A stretch of DNA of 64,000 nucleotides from NCBI RefSeq assembly GCF_021028975.2, contig NC_059439.1:34038001-34102000 (forward strand), written 5' to 3'. Below are positions 59,263 through 64,000 of the stretch, in pieces (position 1 is the first letter of the stretch; each line of letters opens with the position of its first letter). The position numbers and the translations under genes are program-made. The notes under the pieces are model-generated. The model worked only from the letters and a program-made list of their open reading frames with translations. It was not told where the DNA came from and searched no databases. Source of the stretch: Sphaerodactylus townsendi (lineage: Eukaryota).

Positions 59263-60505
59263 TTTACTTGGATTTATACACTTCATTTATACCCTGCCTT
59301 CCTTCCTAATTGGTATCCAAAGCATTCATCTGCACAACAGCCCTGTGAGGTAGGGTAGGGGTTTTCCTCCCTCGACCAGGAGGGAATTTGCAGCTAGATA
59401 GTGAGATTTGCGAAGGCGAGTGTGTAAGATGTTCGGGCTGACACTAGGAGGAATCGTGAGTAAGGGGGCAAGCCGGGCTGTGGTTGGGTGGGCGCCATTT
59501 GGGTGCTGGGTGGGGGACCGCCACCTACTGAGAGAGCAGATGTAGAAAACAGGGCAGGGAAACAGGCGGTTAAATTAGAAGCAGGCTTCAGTATGACAGC
59601 GAGGAAATAGTCTAGAGCGAGGGCGAGGAACAGAGCAAGTTGACTTTCATCTCTCTAGTTTTATTTGTTTAAATCTGTTGGCCCAAATATTTGTTGTTCC
59701 TAGAAGAAAGACTCTTGTCTTTTATTTACTTTCTGTTTAGCCCGACGGTTTGTTTTTCAAACCAGCTATTTAAAACCCCTCAGATGGGGCTGGGAACCTC
59801 AGATGTGCCTCGTCGGAGGGATGGAATTGTCACGGGTGGATGAAGGGCGCTAAGTCGGCTCTTTCCTGGATTCCTTATGTATAATTGCAATTCGTCTGTA
59901 TCAAAATTCTCACCATTTTGGAGGACGGTAGGGTAGACCTGTCTGGGGGTCACTGCTTGAAGGCCTCCGGCAAGCCCAAAGGGTCTCCAAAGCGGTTACT
60001 TTTCCTTCCTCCGTCCTTGCGCATGGTGTTAATTCCTAGCAGAGATAGGCAGAAGCAGGTGATTTTTGTGGACTAGTAACTTGACTGATTTTTTTTAAGA
60101 CTATGAGGCTGAATGGCCCATCTTGGGAAGTTACTACTTGTCAAGGCAGGTTGGAGAGGAAAGGAGCCTGTTAGAGTGTAAGCTAATCATTCCGCGCCAA
60201 CGGAATTTGGCATATATTGATGGATTTTGTCAAAACCACGATACCACAAAAAATGTCACATTGATGATTACCTGCGGCCCACACTTTTAAAAAAGAATTC
60301 TGCTGCTGGGATCACAGCTGGCCGTGCCCCTCTGAAAGATTACTGAAGGTCATGTTTCCAATAATAATAACGTGTACTCATTCGTGGTTCTGTGTGATAT
60401 GTTTACCCTTTCTGCGGTGGTCCATAATGCTTTGTGGTGACGCTCCAAATCTCTTTGAAAAATGTAGAACTCTGAATCTGCAATTAACAGAAATGCAGCC
60501 AGGCT

Positions 60506-60506
<1 letters not shown>

Positions 60507-60576
<70 letters not shown>
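60507..60576. repeat. (ATT)n microsatellite at a retroposon 3' end
   Basis: Directly visible; followed by gccgcccacccccggagggctctgggcgg. Confidence 0.9.
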
Positions 60577-60582
<6 letters not shown>

Positions 60583-60630
60583 GCCGCCCACCCCCGGAGG
60601 GCTCTGGGCGGTTTACAGGTACACATCTAT

Positions 60631-60898
60631 GGACGTTTCCCCACTCACCCCGATCCCCCCTATGCAGCGCGCAGCATCCCTGGTGCGCGCCCGGGCATCT
60701 CCACGACCCCTCGCTCTGCGCGGGGTCATTAAAAGGCGCCGTTTAGAAGAGCGCCAGGGATGCCGCGTGCTGAGGGGGCGCGGCAGCGGCAGCGGCGGGG
60801 CTGCTGCGCTGTCACCGCCCTTGTCGTGGGGAGTGCCGGGGGACCCCGCGCTACTTGAGGAGAGTAGCGCAGGGCTTAAGGTAAGTGGGGAAAGGCCC
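60631..60898 (+). mobile_element. PIF/Harbinger-like MITE (same family as 18818)
   Basis: TIRs; 3-bp TSD TAT. Confidence 0.8.
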
Positions 60899-61238
60899 TA
60901 TGGCATTATACCCTGCAGACATTTATCTACTCTTCACACCCTTTCGCTCCCAGGCAGCGCTCTGAAATCTCCAGGAATTCCCCATTCTGGAGTTAGCAGA
61001 CCTCAGATTGCATGACTTTGTTAATGTCAGTCATTCTGGGAACTCCATTCCCCAGATTGCAGTGTGGGAATTGTAGTCCATGACCTTCTGGAGGGCTGGA
61101 GTTGGACACCCCTGCACTGTGGCATATTGGTGTGCATAAAAATATGCCTTTTGTCGTTTGCTTTATAGTATTTATATGGTAGATCAATATGTATATGGTA
61201 GATCTATTGTTTTACGAGCTACTGTGTCTTCTTTGCAG

Positions 61239-62223
61239 ATCTGGAAGCGGACAACCTTCCTACTTATTACTCGCTGACGTTGGGGGATCCCCCTCCTTAT
61301 GCTTCTCCTCTGGGCATCCCATGTCCACTGCATCCAGGTGGGGGCCGAGCTGGCATGCATTCCCCCCCGCCCCGTCCGGCTGACTTGGACGGAGACACTT
61401 TTGAAAGCCAGCCGGCACGGCGCGTGCGCCTTGGAGGCTCTCGGGTGCTAGAGTGCCCGAGCATACAAATCACAACCATTTCCCCCGGCCAGCGGACTGA
61501 GGAAGATGACTGGGACTCTTCGCCGCGTGACTACCTCCTTCTAGAGGCCTTTGGAGGTTACCGCGAGGCACCACCAGCATCTGGCTTCTTCACGCCTAGC
61601 CCTGCCAGCAGTGGTAGCGTCTCCCCGTGGAGTTTCTTTTCGGACGACGAGACACCTGCCGGGGATGATGTGGAACATGAACTGAATGAGGCCGCGGCAC
61701 GGTTTGCCCTCACGTCCCCCTTGGGCTCCCCACGGGGTTCCCCCAAACCTTGGTCTTCCGCTGATGAGTCGTGGCCAATCTATAGTTCCAATTATTCTCC
61801 TAGCCGGGGGACAGAGGATGGATGGATGCTTCTGGGCCCACGCCCGGCTTCTCCCTGTGGCAAGCGGCGTTACTCCAGCTCCGAAACACACTCTTCGGCA
61901 TCCCCGTGTCTGTCTCGGCGGGGGAGCCTCGGTGAAGAGACCCCGGGGGAATCCGTGGATGCCGGTGGCGATGTGACCCCTTATAACTGTGCCGGAACCC
62001 GGCCGGCGGAGAGCATTCCCCAAAAAGCCCGGAAGACCTCCACCGAGCAAACGGTGGCACTGACCCGGAAAGAGGAAGGGAGCTGCAACGGAGAGGACGG
62101 AGGCACTGCCCCAGTGGGCTTCGGACTCGGTGTGGCCCGTAAAGAAGGGATGGATTATCTGGCCGTGCCTTCTCCATTAGCTTGGTCGAAGGCCCGTATT
62201 GGAGGCCACAGTCCCGTGTTCAG
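61239..62223 (+). CDS. NFATC4: NFATC4 coding exon 2 (NFAT homology/regulatory region); gene continues beyond the window
   Basis: ttgcag|DLEAD...GMHSPPPRPA...RVLECPSIQITTISP (PxIxIT), SP repeats, NLS GKRRYS, GMDYLAVPSPLAWSKARIGGHSPVFR (LxVP); donor AG|gtaaat. Confidence 0.93.
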
Positions 62224-62348
62224 GTAAATTGAAAGCGGGGGCGCCTCAATAGAGAAGAGAAGTGTTTGCTTCCAGTTTCTCCTTAGGAATATAAAAGTAT
62301 CCAGCATGGTTCTGACCAGTGGTCTGTTTTAGTGGAGTCTTCCTAGGA

Positions 62349-62484
62349 CAGTGGTGGCGAATCTTTGGCACTCCAGATGTTATGGACTACAATTCCCATC
62401 AGCCCCTACAACTGGCCATGCTGGCAGGGGCTGATGGGAATTGTAGTCCATAACATTTGGAGTGCCAAAGGTTCGCCACCACGG
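62349..62484. mobile_element. Palindromic hAT MITE
   Basis: 8-bp TSD tcctagga; relatives at ~50271-50395 and 63544-63710. Confidence 0.87.
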
Positions 62485-62514
62485 TCCTAGGATGAGTTCA
62501 CATACCCATGAGAA

Positions 62515-62742
62515 CAGGGGCGTATCTAGGAAAAATGTAGATTTGTGCAAAATTTGAGTTTTTCACCCCCACCCCCCGTATGGGTGGCCGGCTGCCCCCT
62601 CTACAACCAAACAACATTTTTGCACCAGGTCATCAGGGAAGGAGGAGGGGAGTGGGGGGCGATTTTCCTCCCCCCGCATGTCTAAATGGCCCCAGCCCGG
62701 GGAAATTTGACCCCATGTGTCCCCCTGGGTGATACGCCCCTG
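62515..62742 (+). mobile_element. hAT-type non-autonomous element
   Basis: TIR caggggcgtatc/gatacgcccctg; 8-bp TSD catgagaa; relative at ~30942-31198. Confidence 0.83.
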
Positions 62743-63172
62743 CATGAGAATAAGGTGCTAGAAGGCTGGAGGCGTGCCTTTTCATTACCATCTTGTTCTA
62801 ACATACGCGTCAATCAGGTCATAGGTCTGAACATGTGGTCCTGCTAGGCTGTCCCAGAGGCCTTTGAGATATCTCCGATTTCCTGGTGGGAAAGTTGCTT
62901 GGAGGGAGGGAGGCTGCCTCCCCCAGATATCACCCTTCACCTTGGGAAGCTGGAAGCCCCATTGACGTCATGGGAGTCTCCGGGGCCATCTCCTTTTCCC
63001 CAGTAGGAGTGAATGGGCCAACATCTCCAGTCGCTTGTGGTCCGCCCTGGCAGAGGGTCTGCTGTGGTGACTCTTGGTACCAGCCCTGCAGATCAGTTTG
63101 CCTCAGCTGCCCTTGCGATTCTTTTTTCAGAGCTTGGAACAGGAGCGCCCGAGGAATCGAAGGAGCGGGAAT

Positions 63173-63470
63173 GTGGCGTAGGAGGTTACAAGCTCGTGTA
63201 CTGTAATCTGGAGGAACCGGGTTTGATTCCCAGCTCTGCTGCCTGAGCTGTGGAGGCTTATCTGGGGAATTCAGATTAGCCTGTACACTCCCACACACGC
63301 CAGCTGGGTGACCTTGGGCTAGTCACAGCTCTTCTGAGCTCTCTCAGCCCCACCCACCTCACAGGGTGTTTGTTGTGAGGGGGGAAGGGCAAGGAGATTG
63401 TCAGCCCCTTTGAGTCTCCTGCAGGAGAGAAAGGGGGGATAAAAACTCAAACTCTTCTTCTTCTTCTTCT
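63173..63470 (+). mobile_element. Young Squam3-like SINE
   Basis: Matches the 23894 element. Confidence 0.85.
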
Positions 63471-64000
63471 TTTGGCTGTTGCCAACAGGAGATCTCCTGG
63501 GATTACAGATGGTCTTACCCAACTGAGATAGGTTTCCCTGGGACAGGGGTCTGCAACCTGCATCTCTCCAGATGTTTCTGGACTACAATTCCCATCAGCC
63601 CCTGCCACCATGGCCTGGAGATGTTGGCCCATCCAACTGGCCATGGTGGCAGGGGCTGATGGGAATTGTAGTCCAGGAACATCTGGAGAGACGCAGGTTG
63701 CAGACCCCTGTCGTGGGGAAAACAGTAGGATGGACTCTACAGCATGATATCTTACTGAAATTACCCTCCGTCCCCAAATGTGCCAGAATTTCCTAACCCA
63801 GAGCCAGCCAGCCTCCGTGGCAGGCAGGGAGAAAAGGTGACCCAAAACCCCAACAGAACAGCGAGAGGTTTGGAGGTTCCACACTCCTCTTCTCAGCTCT
63901 TAAAGCGAGACGTTACTCGGCAACAGCTTCTTTTTTAAAATAATTTTTTATTGTATCGTTTGAATATTCCATTTTATATTAATACTCTTCTTCATTCGTT

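Noticed and set aside
54740-62223. NFATC3 identity suggested by PSIQIT
   Set aside because: Exon 1 sequence, GMHSPPPRPA, DYLAVPSPLAWSKARIGGHSP and OR linkage all match NFATC4.

Overview
Vertebrate genomic DNA, almost certainly a squamate reptile and probably a gecko, judged from the SINE, hAT, Harbinger, CR1, Rex1, Dong and Penelope repeat landscape; there are several N gaps. There are three blocks. (1) 1-23.1 kb: a tandem array of class II olfactory receptor (OR) genes. Three recent duplicates sit in 5.6-8.9 kb repeat units, the first with ACG in place of the start ATG, followed by one divergent OR. (2) 27.7-49.4 kb, minus strand: a complete CYLD-family deubiquitinase gene with 14 coding exons and 860 aa (three CAP-Gly domains, a USP domain with B-box, intact Cys/His/Asp triad). 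It is clearly diverged from canonical CYLD and looks like a CYLD paralogue with no known mammalian counterpart. (3) 54.7-64 kb, plus strand: exons 1-2 of NFATC4, divergently oriented to the CYLD-like gene. Introns and intergenic DNA are dense with transposon fragments, many with readable target-site duplications (TSDs). The exon model was built by hand from splice sites and reading phase; repeat family names come from motif recognition, not database searches.
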